From: Lentisphaeria bacterium
GTDB taxonomy: Bacteria > Verrucomicrobiota > Lentisphaeria > JABSQK01 > JAWLHB01
DNA: 64,000 nt
Reading direction: 5' to 3'
Assembly: GCA_041690595.1 (NCBI GenBank)
Contig: JAWLHB010000002.1
Span: 186,001-250,000, forward strand
Part shown: positions 35,677-45,695 of the stretch, piece after piece
Layout of the letters: the number at the start of each line of letters is the position of its first letter
How positions within the stretch are numbered: the first letter of the stretch is position 1
Position numbers and translations under genes: made by a program
Notes under the pieces: generated by a model
What the model was told of the DNA's origin: nothing
Database searches by the model: none
Seen by the model: only the letters and a program-made list of their open reading frames with translations

Positions 35677-38170
35677 TGCGCACCTTCGCCAGAAGCCCGA
35701 GCGTATGCCCATGCACTGGGCATACTTTCTGCTGTACGAGCTCGGTCTCGTCTCCGGTCTCTGGCTGCACGGCGATTCCAGGTTGACGCTGGCGCTGATG
35801 CTGCTGACCATACCGCTGGCCTGCGTCGTCTATATTCCGTACCGCTGGTTCAATGAAGACTTCCGCCAGCTGAGCCATTATCTGATGGCGGCGGCAGCGC
35901 TCGCGTGGGCGATTTACCGCTTTGTGCAACATCCGCCCGTCGATATTCTCCTGATCGAGATGTTCTCGATCATGGGACTCAGCTTTGCCTTCACCAACCA
36001 CCGGCGCGGCTACTACTACATGCTGATGATCGGCATTGTGCTGGCGCTTTATGGATCCGTGGTACCGCCGCGCGAGCTGTATGTCTACATGATGCCGCTG
36101 GCATTTCTACTGGCCATGCTGCTGCTCTACCAGACCCGTCCCGCGGCCCTGGCCAACGACCCGGAGCTTTCCACCTATCGGGCCGCCAATCGCTACAATC
36201 TTCCGTGGATGATCGTGCATGCGCTGGGGGTGATTTTCGTCTGGGTTCTTCTGGTGGTGGTCTTTCCCGCGCCAAACTGGCAATCGCCCGGTTTTATCCC
36301 AGTATCGCAGCTACACAACAACCTCTCGCTGGCACCGCCCCGCCTGGATACCTGGTTCAGCTCCCGCCGGCATGCACCGGACCGGCGAGGAAATCGCTAT
36401 CGGCAATTGCGGGAACCCACGGATCTCTCCTCCCAGGCCAGCATGCGAATCCAGACAGACGTCTGGGTTCCCAGCATGGATGGTGAAGGGGGCGGCCCTC
36501 CTGGCGAAGATCTCGTGATGCGGGTCCAGTCGCCGCTCAAACTCTACTGGCTCGGTCGTCTCTATGACGTGTATGACGGCACCAGCTGGCAAGTCACCCC
36601 AATTCTGCAGCGACAGCACATGCGCTCCATGGACATGCCCGAAAGCGCGCTGAAAACGGTCCGGCAGCGCTTCATCATCGACAAGTGGATCAGCAGGCAG
36701 CTCTTCTCCGGCTACCTGCGCACGGGGCCTCTGGTCTTGAGCAGCGCCGACGTACAGCTCAAGTATGGATTCGGTACCGTGCGCATTGCGCAGGAGGATG
36801 CACAGCTGCCGATTCCCTTCTCCTATGAGGTCAGATCCCTGGTCGATCTTCACCTGAAGCCATCGGAAAGCAGTGAGGGACTGATCGGCTGGTATGAGGT
36901 ACGCCCCCCTTCCGATTACCTTCAGTTGCCGCAAAAGGAAATCAGCGCCCGGCTGAAGCATGAGGTCGAGCTACTGGTGGAAGGCAAGACGCTGCCGCTG
37001 GAAAAGGCCTACGCCCTGCGCGACTATTTCCGCGACAACTTCACCTATTCCCTTTCCACACCCACGCCCCCGGAGGGACGAGAAGCCGTCGACTACTTCG
37101 TCTTCGAGCTGCGCGAGGGACATTGCGAGTACTTTGCGTCGTCTCTGGCGGTGATGGCTCGCCTGGCAGGATTACCGGCACGTGTAGCCACTGGCTTTTC
37201 ACCCGGCAACTTCAACGTGCTGACCGGAATGTTCGAAGTCTTTGAGTATCATGCGCATGCCTGGACCCAGATCTTCGTGGAGGGCGCCGGCTGGCTGACC
37301 ATGGATGGCACCCCTCCGGGATCCATGCCCAATCGTTCACGCACCTCCCCCGCCGTCATCGGCAATCTGCGCGACCCATTCTCGGACGAGTGGCGCATCC
37401 GCTCACCGGAACTGAGCAAGGAGACGCTCTCCTACCTGCGCCAGCAGGTCGCTCTGTCGCGTGCCGGCTCCGAGAGCGCCAACCAGGCACAGGAGCGAGC
37501 GGCAAACACCGCCAACGAGCAGACCGCCGAAAGTCCAACGGCTGCCGGCAATGCCGAAGTGCTGCGAGCACAGATCGAGAGGGAGCGGCAGATTCGCCGC
37601 GAGAACGCATCGGAGAACATGTTCAACATGTTCGGCGCGAATTTCGTCGGTCTTCTGAAGCGCCTGGGGCACGCCGCACTCAGCGTAGGCAACCAACTCC
37701 TGCGGTTGATCTTCAACTGGAACGCGATCCTCATCCTGACCGGCTTCCTGGTTATCCGTCTGATCTACCCCTACTGGCGTCGCTCCCGTCACCACAATCG
37801 GCGTCTGCGCACCTGCGAAAGGTGGTATCTGGATGCCGAGCGGCTGGCCCCGGTCGATCCCGCCGAGAGCATCGCCCGAGGCTTCAATGCCGCGCGGCTC
37901 ATGCTGGAAATGGGCGGTTATCACAAGGAGAATCGGCAGGACCTCGATGAGTATACACGCCTGACGGTGGCGCGAGAACTCCAGACACCGGCAGCGGCCA
38001 TCTTCAACATCTACATCAAGATCAGCTATCGCCCCGCCCAACCCACCGTGGCCGATGCCAAACGCGTCTGCCAGGGGCTGACGGTCATTCGCGCCATCCT
38101 CCTGCCCCGCTTGCAGAAACCACCCGATCGCGATACCAGTATCGACATGACACCGCTCGTCCGGCACTAG
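35669..38170 (+). CDS. Membrane transglutaminase-like protein (TgpA/DUF3488 type)
   Basis: Multi-TM N-terminus; YWLGRLYDVYDG; GHCEYFAS, ARVATGF, HAHAW, LTMDGTP (Cys-His-Asp triad). Confidence 0.9.
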   Translation: MPDAHLRQKPERMPMHWAYFLLYELGLVSGLWLHGDSRLTLALMLLTIPLACVVYIPYRWFNEDFRQLSHYLMAAAALAWAIYRFVQHPPVDILLIEMFSIMGLSFAFTNHRRGYYYMLMIGIVLALYGSVVPPRELYVYMMPLAFLLAMLLLYQTRPAALANDPELSTYRAANRYNLPWMIVHALGVIFVWVLLVVVFPAPNWQSPGFIPVSQLHNNLSLAPPRLDTWFSSRRHAPDRRGNRYRQLREPTDLSSQASMRIQTDVWVPSMDGEGGGPPGEDLVMRVQSPLKLYWLGRLYDVYDGTSWQVTPILQRQHMRSMDMPESALKTVRQRFIIDKWISRQLFSGYLRTGPLVLSSADVQLKYGFGTVRIAQEDAQLPIPFSYEVRSLVDLHLKPSESSEGLIGWYEVRPPSDYLQLPQKEISARLKHEVELLVEGKTLPLEKAYALRDYFRDNFTYSLSTPTPPEGREAVDYFVFELREGHCEYFASSLAVMARLAGLPARVATGFSPGNFNVLTGMFEVFEYHAHAWTQIFVEGAGWLTMDGTPPGSMPNRSRTSPAVIGNLRDPFSDEWRIRSPELSKETLSYLRQQVALSRAGSESANQAQERAANTANEQTAESPTAAGNAEVLRAQIERERQIRRENASENMFNMFGANFVGLLKRLGHAALSVGNQLLRLIFNWNAILILTGFLVIRLIYPYWRRSRHHNRRLRTCERWYLDAERLAPVDPAESIARGFNAARLMLEMGGYHKENRQDLDEYTRLTVARELQTPAAAIFNIYIKISYRPAQPTVADAKRVCQGLTVIRAILLPRLQKPPDRDTSIDMTPLVRH

Positions 38171-38209
38171 CCGCACCCTCAATTCTACCTTCGTACTACG
38201 GATATCGCC

Positions 38210-39598
38210 ATGGCCCTTTGGGGAGGACGTTTCACCGCATCTACCGACGCACTGGTCACTCGCCTGAGCGAGTCCATTTCTTATGATCGCCGGCTCTATT
38301 CGCAGGATATCCGCGGGAGTATCGCCCATGTGCGCATGCTCGCCCGTTGCGGCATCATTCCTGGCGAAGACAGCGAACGCATCCAGGAAGAACTCAAGCG
38401 TATCGAGGAAGAGATCCGCGGTGGCAACTTCGACTTCCAGGAGGCGCTGGAAGATGTCCACATGAACATCGAGTCGCGTCTCATCCGTGAACTCGGCGAT
38501 CAGGGGGCACGTGTCCACACGGCGCGCAGCCGCAACGACCAGGTGGCGACCGATTTTCGCCTCTATCTGCGCGACGAAATCGATTACCTCACCGAGCTTC
38601 TTCATCACTTTCAGAGCAGCCTTGTGGAGTTGGGCAAGCGCAACGTCAAGGCCATCCTGCCGGGCCTGACTCACCTGCAGTATGCGCAGCCCGTCCTCTT
38701 CGCGCATCACCTGCTGGCTTACGTCGAAATGGCGGAACGGGATATCGACCGCCTTGCCGACTGCCGCCGGCGGCTCAACCGCCTTCCACTGGGCGCGGGC
38801 GCGCTCGCCGGTTCGACGCTGCCCATCGATCGCGAGAGCGTCGCCGAAGAGCTTGGCTTCGACGCCGTCATCGCCAACAGCATGGATGCGGTGGCCGATC
38901 GCGATTTTGCCATCGAGCTGCTGAGCGCCCTGGCGATCCTCATGATGCACCTCTCCCGCCTCTCCGAAGACCTCATTCTGTGGATGTCGCAGAGTTGCCG
39001 CTACATTCGCATCGGCGACGGTTTCTGCACGGGCTCCAGCCTGATGCCGCAGAAGAAGAATCCGGATGTTGCCGAGCTGACTCGCGGCAAGACCGGGCGC
39101 GTCTATGGCGACCTGATCAGCCTTCTGACCGTCATGAAGGGGTTGCCACTCTGCTACAACCGGGACATGCAGGAGGACAAGGAACCGGTCTTCGATGCGG
39201 TGGACACCGTCAAACTCTGTCTGGCGGCTGTCGCGCCCATGCTGTTGACCATCGAGATTGACGACCGGCGCATGCTCGAAGCGGCCAGCGATCCGGGTCT
39301 GATGGCAACGGATCTGGCTGAATGGCTGGTCCAGCAAGGCGTTCCTTTCCGTACCGCCCATCACCGCGTCGGGCGCTACGTCGCCTGGTGCGCGGAGAAG
39401 GGCAAGAAGCTCAACGAGACGACTCTCGCGGAGATGCGCGAGAGCATTCCGGAGGCGGCCGCCGAGGCGCTCGAACTCTTCGAAGCCCGGCGCAGCGTCG
39501 AGGCGCGCAACATCACGGGCGGCACCTCATCCATGCAGGTGAAGCGTCAACTGGCTGCGTGGTCCGAGAAACTGGAGTCCCTGCTGGCGAAAGCGTGA
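38210..39598 (+). CDS. argH: Argininosuccinate lyase
   Basis: LWGGRF, EDVHMNIE, HTARSRNDQV, TGSSLMPQKKNPD, YNRDMQEDKE. Confidence 0.97.
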   Translation: MALWGGRFTASTDALVTRLSESISYDRRLYSQDIRGSIAHVRMLARCGIIPGEDSERIQEELKRIEEEIRGGNFDFQEALEDVHMNIESRLIRELGDQGARVHTARSRNDQVATDFRLYLRDEIDYLTELLHHFQSSLVELGKRNVKAILPGLTHLQYAQPVLFAHHLLAYVEMAERDIDRLADCRRRLNRLPLGAGALAGSTLPIDRESVAEELGFDAVIANSMDAVADRDFAIELLSALAILMMHLSRLSEDLILWMSQSCRYIRIGDGFCTGSSLMPQKKNPDVAELTRGKTGRVYGDLISLLTVMKGLPLCYNRDMQEDKEPVFDAVDTVKLCLAAVAPMLLTIEIDDRRMLEAASDPGLMATDLAEWLVQQGVPFRTAHHRVGRYVAWCAEKGKKLNETTLAEMRESIPEAAAEALELFEARRSVEARNITGGTSSMQVKRQLAAWSEKLESLLAKA

Positions 39599-40554
39599 TG
39601 GATGAAGCAGTCGACAATGCGACGCCACTACGGGTGCTGATCATTGGCACGGGCGCGCTGGGCAGCCTCTATGGGGCCATGCTCGCCCGCGCCGGCGCTG
39701 ATGTCTCGGCGGTCTGCCGCTCCGCCCATGCGGTCGCCGCCAGCACCGGCCTGCGAATTCGCAGCATCTGGGGAGACATGACCCTGCGGCCGCGCCAGGT
39801 TCTGCGTGGAGCCCGCGAGTATCAGGGGAGGGCCGACATCCTGCTGGTTGCGCTGAAGGTGCATCCGGAGATTCCCGTCGTCGAGTTGTTGCGGCCGGCG
39901 GTCAAGCCGGGGACTCACATCGTCCTGCTGCAGAACGGGGTCGAGATCGAAGCGGCGATCGCGAGTGCCTTTCCGCGGAACCCTGTGATAAGCGCCCTCG
40001 CCTTTGTCTGCTGCAATCGCCTCGGGGACGGCTACTTCCACCACCTGGACTACGGTCGCCTGACGCTTGGCAGCTGGCCCGGCGGCATCTCCCCCATGGT
40101 TCGGCGGCTGGCGTCGGACTGGGAGCAGGCTGGAGTGCCGGTCACGATCACGGAGGATATCGTGCAGGCGCGCTGGAAGAAGCTGGTGTGGAATGCGCCC
40201 TTCAACCCTCTTTCCGTGCTGACCGGCGGCCGAACCACCCGCGAAATCCTGGACGATCCGGCCAGCGCCGAGTTGACCCGTCGCGTCATGGAGGAAGTCT
40301 GCGCCATCGCCGCCGCCGCCGGCCATCCGCTTCCGCCGACCGTCGTCGACGAGATGCTTGCCGACACGCAAGCCATGAAGCCCTACAAGACCAGCATGCT
40401 GCTCGATCATGAAGCGGGCCGCCCCATGGAAGTGGAAGCGATCCTGGGCAATGCGCTTCGCGCCGCGGAACGCGGCAATGTACCCGCGCCTCACCTTCGC
40501 ACCCTTTACGCGCTGATGCGCCACCTGGAGCGCCGCAACTCAGCCCAGGCGTAG
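39598..40554 (+). CDS. panE: 2-dehydropantoate 2-reductase (PanE/ApbA family)
   Basis: IIGTGALG, LLQNG, WKKLVWNAPFN, TSMLLD…GRPMEVEAI; TGATG coupling to argH. Confidence 0.9.
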   Translation: MDEAVDNATPLRVLIIGTGALGSLYGAMLARAGADVSAVCRSAHAVAASTGLRIRSIWGDMTLRPRQVLRGAREYQGRADILLVALKVHPEIPVVELLRPAVKPGTHIVLLQNGVEIEAAIASAFPRNPVISALAFVCCNRLGDGYFHHLDYGRLTLGSWPGGISPMVRRLASDWEQAGVPVTITEDIVQARWKKLVWNAPFNPLSVLTGGRTTREILDDPASAELTRRVMEEVCAIAAAAGHPLPPTVVDEMLADTQAMKPYKTSMLLDHEAGRPMEVEAILGNALRAAERGNVPAPHLRTLYALMRHLERRNSAQA

Positions 40555-40555
40555 G
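40509..40555 (+). repeat. 47-bp direct repeat, left copy (3' end of panE)
   Basis: cgcgctgatgcgccacctggagcgccgcaactcagcccaggcgtagg; matches 43355-43401 at 44/47 positions. Confidence 0.9.
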
Positions 40556-40847
40556 CGAAGTTGCCGCCCGGATTCGTGGGGGGCGCAGTTCCATACGTTA
40601 GCCACGACAGGCCTGTAGCGATACAGTTTTTGATTTATGGTCATTCAGAATCGTTCTACGGCTAAAGGTTCGTTATTATGCATAATAGAGACTGGACGTG
40701 CTACAGAAGAGAGCTATTGTCCATAATGACGGATCCTCAGGCATAGGATCAGTGTCTTTTGGAGGCTGCAACCGTTGATCGGTTGAAGGGGACGCCAGAA
40801 CGCTGGGGGAGGATGAAACAGCTGATGATGGATAAGCGCTCTGCACC

Positions 40848-42100
40848 ATGAACACGCTAACGATCATAATCGTTGTGTTCCTTACCGTTGTTCCGACGCC
40901 AATCATCGCTGGGGGAAGCAGCTCTGCCTATTGGGAGTTTGAGCTTCATGGGAAAAGCACCGGGGGAACATTAGGAATACGAACGTTCAGATCACAAGAT
41001 CCGTTGGTCGCTGATATACCACCAAGCGTATCGTCTGACGAGGCTGAAAAACTCCTTGTAGAGGCTCTTCATGCCAAGCCAAGAAGGAACTATTTTTGTA
41101 CGTCAGAAAACGGCACATCACTGATTATGTGGGGGGCACCGTCTTTTGTTCACACCTTTGGAACAGAAACGGGATTTGGCATTCCCCCCCCCCCCCACTA
41201 AACCTTTCCGCGGTTGCTGATGCCGACAAGCTTGTAATTAGCTGGGAGCCTCAAGGAGAAGTGGATCGCTACATCATCGCATTCGATGGATGGCCGCTTT
41301 CAACCGCTCAGGGAACAGAGACTGAAGTTTCGATCAGTCTGCCGATTCTCGCCAAAAGTTATCATGCCAGAGCTGACAGGGTAACCATTCACGTTGTTGG
41401 CCATCGAAAGGAGGTGGCATCTTGTGCTGGGTATGTAAGGCTTTATCGTGGCACTCTCATGGAATCCATGGGAATACCGTTCTATATGAATACCACTCCC
41501 AACTGGAGCCGTTGGGAGGTGGCGGATACTGGGTCTACGCTGCTGCTGCGGGAGGGGCATCGGGAAGTGAGTCAAGTGGAGTTTCTATCCAATACGCCAG
41601 ACGGCAAGCCATCCTACCAGATCATCGGCAGCACGGGAGAAGAGGTGAATGGTGGCATCTGTCGCAAGTTCATTGGGCTGGAATCGGGGAGGACGTACAA
41701 GGTTACGGTTCGGCTCAACACCATGACCATGTCAGCTGGTGACTGGTCCTACACCTATCACGCCGCGATCAACGATTCGGCGCGGACGGCCTTGACCGTC
41801 GACCAGATGGCGGGTACCGCGGCCCTGCCCGATGGCGCCTCCGGTACCGATGCTGGCTGTTTCGCCAGATACGGAAAGACGACGACTGGTGGTGAGTGGG
41901 TATTCCAGTCGACCGCCGATACCGCCACCCCAGAGCAGATTGCCCATATCTACCTTCCTGAAGGCCATGACACCTTCACCGTCTGGTCCCGCCTGCAAGC
42001 CACGGGCACGCCCGTCGAGGGTGTCGCCTTCGACTGGATATCCGTGGAACCGGTAAGCGAAGCCCTGACAGCAACCCCAGTAACCAGACCTGAAGATTGA
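40848..42100 (+). pseudogene. Secreted protein gene with FN3-like segment, frameshifted at a C13 tract (phase-variable, pseudogene or sequencing error)
   Basis: ORF 40848..41201 (signal peptide) ends right after C13 at 41184-41196; ORF 41096..42100 continues PPLNLSAVADADKLVISWE; C11 or C14 would fuse them. Confidence 0.65.
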
Positions 42101-42283
42101 ACACGCTCGAGGGACAATCAATAGATTCAAGTTCAGATTGTGTTCCTCATGCTGCAAAGGTGCACCCGCCTCAGTCGTCGCGGATCGCGGGCAGGGTGAC
42201 AAGCGGGCGCTGTCACTGCTTCCACAGAGGTCACAGAGGAAGACGCATGAGCTTGCCGCGAGGAAGGATCGACGTTTTGGACG

Positions 42284-42383
42284 CAACCCCGCCATGGGGT
42301 TGATGGGTGGGCGGGAGTTTACCCAGGGTAGCACCGCCTTTGGCGGCACAACCCTGGGCTATAGGACGCAGCCCCGTCGGGGC
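42284..42383. repeat. Palindromic MITE/REP-like element
   Basis: Three stem-loops: caacccc-gccat-ggggttg; cccaggg…ccgcc-ttt-ggcgg…ccctggg; gcccc-gtc-ggggc. Confidence 0.6.
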
Positions 42384-42520
42384 AAGGGGCAAGGGGGCAC
42401 GATCTCGACGGTTTTCGACAGAGTCGATTCATTCGATCACCTCGACAGCCCCCCAGGGAGCAGCAGGTCGCCCCTCCCACATTGTCGGCTCCGTCGCTGC
42501 TCGGAGAGCCCTCACTAATA

Positions 42521-43354
42521 AGTCCCATGGAATTGAGCTTGCGCGGGGAGGGGGCAATGGCAATGGCAGGGCCGTTGGGGCAACAGCCCAATCGCGGTTC
42601 GGAGAACCCCTCCCACATTGAGGGCTGCGCCGCTCGGGGAGCGGCTCCAGTTGGTGGCGAGGCGATATGAGGGGAACCAGGCGCAGGGGAGTGGCAATGT
42701 CCAACGCCGGAGTCCGTCGGTGGACGGACGTGGCCGCCCTTCAGGCGAGTGGCGTGCCCAGGATGGGGTGGCCGTTCAGAGAGCGGCTCACTACATAATG
42801 AGTCCCATGGAATTGAGCGTACGCGGTGGAGGGGGCAAAGGCAATGGCAGGGCCGTTGGGACAACAGCCCAATCGCGGTTCGGAGAACCTCTCCCACATT
42901 GAGGGCTGCGCCGCTCGGGGAGCGGCTCCAGTTGGTGGCGAGGAGATATGAGGGGAACCAAGCGCAGGGGAGTGGCAATGTCCAACGCCGGAGCCACTCA
43001 GGCGAGTGGCGTGCCCAGGATGGGGTGGCCGTTCAGAGAGCGGCTCACTACATACTGAGTCCCATGGAATTGAGCGTACGCGGTGGAGGGGGCAATGGCA
43101 ATGGCAGGGCCGTTGGGACAACAGCCCAATCGCGGTTCGGAGAACCCCTCCCACATTGAGGGCTGCGCCGCTCGGGGAGCGGCTCCAGTTGGTGGCGAGG
43201 AGATATGAGGGGAACCAGACGCAGGGGAGTGGCAATGTCCAACGCCGGAGCCACTCAGGCGAGTGGCGTGCCCAGGGGGCGCGGGAGGAGTGATGGAGGT
43301 TGGGGAAGGGGCAACGAACAACGCCGGAGCCACTCAGGCGAGTGGCGTGCCCAG
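42521..43354. repeat. Tandem array of about three 257-280 bp REP-mosaic (BIME-like) units
   Basis: Units start with agtcccatggaattgagc at 42521, 42801 and 43058; near-identical; contain gccactc-aggc-gagtggc hairpins and atcgcggttcggagaacc.ctcccaca. Confidence 0.9.
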
Positions 43355-43401
43355 CGCGCTGATGCGCCACCTGGATCGGCGAAACTCAGCCCAGGCGTAG
43401 G
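43355..43401 (+). repeat. 47-bp direct repeat, right copy (overlaps the 3' end of the GH51 gene)
   Basis: cgcgctgatgcgccacctggatcggcgaaactcagcccaggcgtagg. Confidence 0.9.
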
Positions 43402-44873
43402 GTCATGGCAACGAAGGAGAGCGGTGGAAGCCGGCAACAGGCCCCGCTCGGCCGCACCTTGAGATCCGAGAATGGCACGGGCGCCACGGTTGTCGGCGCT
43501 TCCCATGTGTTGGCGGCCTTGGCATCGGCAGCCGTCAGCAGTTCCCCGTTCTCCAGAGCGAGAATGGTCGCGTTGGCGAGACGGATATCCACCTCGGCGT
43601 CGTGATCCATGCTGCGATTGGTGAGGAAAAGCTGCAGACAGCCATCGCCCAGGATGGCACTTGCATCGATGTTGGGGACCTTGCCGTGCTCCGCCATCTC
43701 CACTCCCGGCCCCTCCACCGCGAGTCGCAGGGAGATGCCCTCACGCCGGGAGGAGATCATCGCGAAGGGATGGAAGATCGACTGTACGAGGAGACGGTCT
43801 CCATCCGTAAGGAGGGGGGCGATGACGTTGACGATCTGGGCCAGGTTGGCGATCTTCAGGACGTCCGCATGGCGCAGAAAGCTCTGCAGGAAGCCTGCCA
43901 CGACCAGCGCATCCTCCAGATTGTAGATCTCCTCGATGAGATGGGGTGCGAAGGTTCCAGCCCCGTTTGTCTGGTGGTTCTTGTACCAGACATTCCATTC
44001 ATCGAAGCAGAGCCAGGCGCGTTTGCGGCGGCGGCCCTTGGCCTGAACGAAGCGGCAGGCGGCGTCCATCTGCTGGATCTGGCGATCGATGTCGGCGGTA
44101 ACCGCCAGGTAGGCGGGAGTATCGTCGGCGGCATTACCGACATAGCGATGGAGGCTCACGTAGTCGGCGGCATCGCCCAGATAGTCGAGCACCTCCCGGT
44201 CCCACTCCATGTAGGAGGGCATGGCGGGACTGCAGGAGCCGGCGGCGACCAGTTCGATCGAGGGATCGGTATCCTTCATCATCTTGGCGGCCTGCTGCGC
44301 GCGGATGGCATACTCCCGCGCGGGGACATGACCGAGCTGCCAGGCGCCGTCCATCTCGTTTCCCAGGCACCAGAGCTTCACCGCGTGTGGTTCGCCGTTC
44401 CCGTTGGCCGCGCGCAGATCGGCATAGCGGGTGCCGCATGGGCTGTTGCAGTATTCGACCCAGTTGCGCGCCTCTTCCGGGCTTCCCGTGCCCAGATTGA
44501 CCGTCAGCATGGGTGTCCAGCCCATCTTGCGGCAAAGGGCGATGAACTCATCGGTACCAAAATGGTTTGTCTCGATGCTCTGCCACGCCAGTTCACGCAC
44601 GGTTGGTCGCGCCTGGCGCGGCCCGACACCGTCCTGCCAGTGATAGCCCGAGGCGAAGTTGCCGCCCGGATAGCGCATGGCGGTCATGGCCAGCCGGCGT
44701 AACTGATCCAGGACATCCTGGCGCAGACCATCCGCGTCCGCATGCAGGCTGGATGGATGGTAGATCCCTTCGTGGACAGCGCGGCCCATGTGTTCGAGAA
44801 AGCCGCCGAAGAGGCGCGGATCGACGGCGCCAATGTGGAACTTCGTGTGCACGTGGAGGGTCGTACTCTGCAT
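43386..44873 (-). CDS. abfA: Alpha-L-arabinofuranosidase (GH51)
   Basis: FGGFLEHMGR, RYPGGNFASGYHWQDG, WCLGNEMDG, FDEWNVWY, ANLAQIVNVI. Confidence 0.93.
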   Translation of the reverse strand: MQSTTLHVHTKFHIGAVDPRLFGGFLEHMGRAVHEGIYHPSSLHADADGLRQDVLDQLRRLAMTAMRYPGGNFASGYHWQDGVGPRQARPTVRELAWQSIETNHFGTDEFIALCRKMGWTPMLTVNLGTGSPEEARNWVEYCNSPCGTRYADLRAANGNGEPHAVKLWCLGNEMDGAWQLGHVPAREYAIRAQQAAKMMKDTDPSIELVAAGSCSPAMPSYMEWDREVLDYLGDAADYVSLHRYVGNAADDTPAYLAVTADIDRQIQQMDAACRFVQAKGRRRKRAWLCFDEWNVWYKNHQTNGAGTFAPHLIEEIYNLEDALVVAGFLQSFLRHADVLKIANLAQIVNVIAPLLTDGDRLLVQSIFHPFAMISSRREGISLRLAVEGPGVEMAEHGKVPNIDASAILGDGCLQLFLTNRSMDHDAEVDIRLANATILALENGELLTAADAKAANTWEAPTTVAPVPFSDLKVRPSGACCRLPPLSFVAMTLRLG

Positions 44874-45016
44874 ATCCTCATTCCTTTGGTTTACAGCTTT
44901 CCCGGCGACCGGAGTGGCGACAAAGTATACAGCTGGAAGAGGGCGATTGCTGCTGTAACCATTGATTTTCCGTCTCAGGCCTCTATAGTCTTTCCCACTA
45001 CAGGAGACTGCCTGCC

Positions 45017-45661
45017 ATGCGCTTACGACATGCTTTGACTGCTTGCCTCCTGCTGGTACTATCCGCCGGCTCGCATGCTGCTGTCCTGCTCTATACCGGA
45101 TCTCTGGTGCAGCGAACCCACGGCGGCGGCACCAGCAGTGTCGAGCGACTCAACCTCATTCTCATCGTCGACACGGAGCTGGTGGATCCCTTCTCGCAGA
45201 AGCCGAACGCCACCCTTTTTGTTTATCTTACCCGAGCAGGCGGCGGTTACATTCCTCTTGCCATACATGAGCTCGATGATAGGTATGACACCTTTCTCCT
45301 GGCCGAGGTGACTGGCGGCGCGGGAACTCGCCTCTCCCTGACTGGCCAGAACCCCGTTGACGAGGAGAGCGACCTCTTCAGCAACCTGCATCTCAGCGGC
45401 AATCAGGTCACGGTGAATCTTTATCGGAATGAGGAGCAGCAGGTGGTACAGGCAGCCGTTCCCCTCACTCTGGAAGGCACCGGGGTCGAACGCTATTTCG
45501 ACACCGAGAACCAGCCGCGCCTGCGGGAGTCCACCTATTCCTTCCGCATACACGGCATGACACTTTCACTAAACACAGGCAGTCCAGAAGATTTCGACAA
45601 CGCGGTCGAAACCATCAATCTGCTGTTGATCGGCAGCCCGAGCAACCCAAGCACCAACTGA
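45017..45661 (+). CDS. Secreted hypothetical protein
   Basis: 214-aa ORF; AGGAG RBS; signal peptide (…LSAGSHA). Confidence 0.6.
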   Translation: MRLRHALTACLLLVLSAGSHAAVLLYTGSLVQRTHGGGTSSVERLNLILIVDTELVDPFSQKPNATLFVYLTRAGGGYIPLAIHELDDRYDTFLLAEVTGGAGTRLSLTGQNPVDEESDLFSNLHLSGNQVTVNLYRNEEQQVVQAAVPLTLEGTGVERYFDTENQPRLRESTYSFRIHGMTLSLNTGSPEDFDNAVETINLLLIGSPSNPSTN

Positions 45662-45695
45662 TCATTCCAACTCACATTCGATCACAGGTATCCAT

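Noticed and set aside
40556..40847. Possible toxin/Rhs remnant or small gene in the low-GC spacer
   Set aside because: Only very short frames with no recognisable motifs; cannot be supported from the sequence alone.
42521..43354. Possible CRISPR array
   Set aside because: Units are 257-280 bp and near-identical throughout, there are no unique spacers, and no cas genes are in the window.
42097..43506. Many short ORFs on both strands in the repeat region
   Set aside because: They are translations of the DNA repeats in several frames, with no RBS or protein-like motifs.
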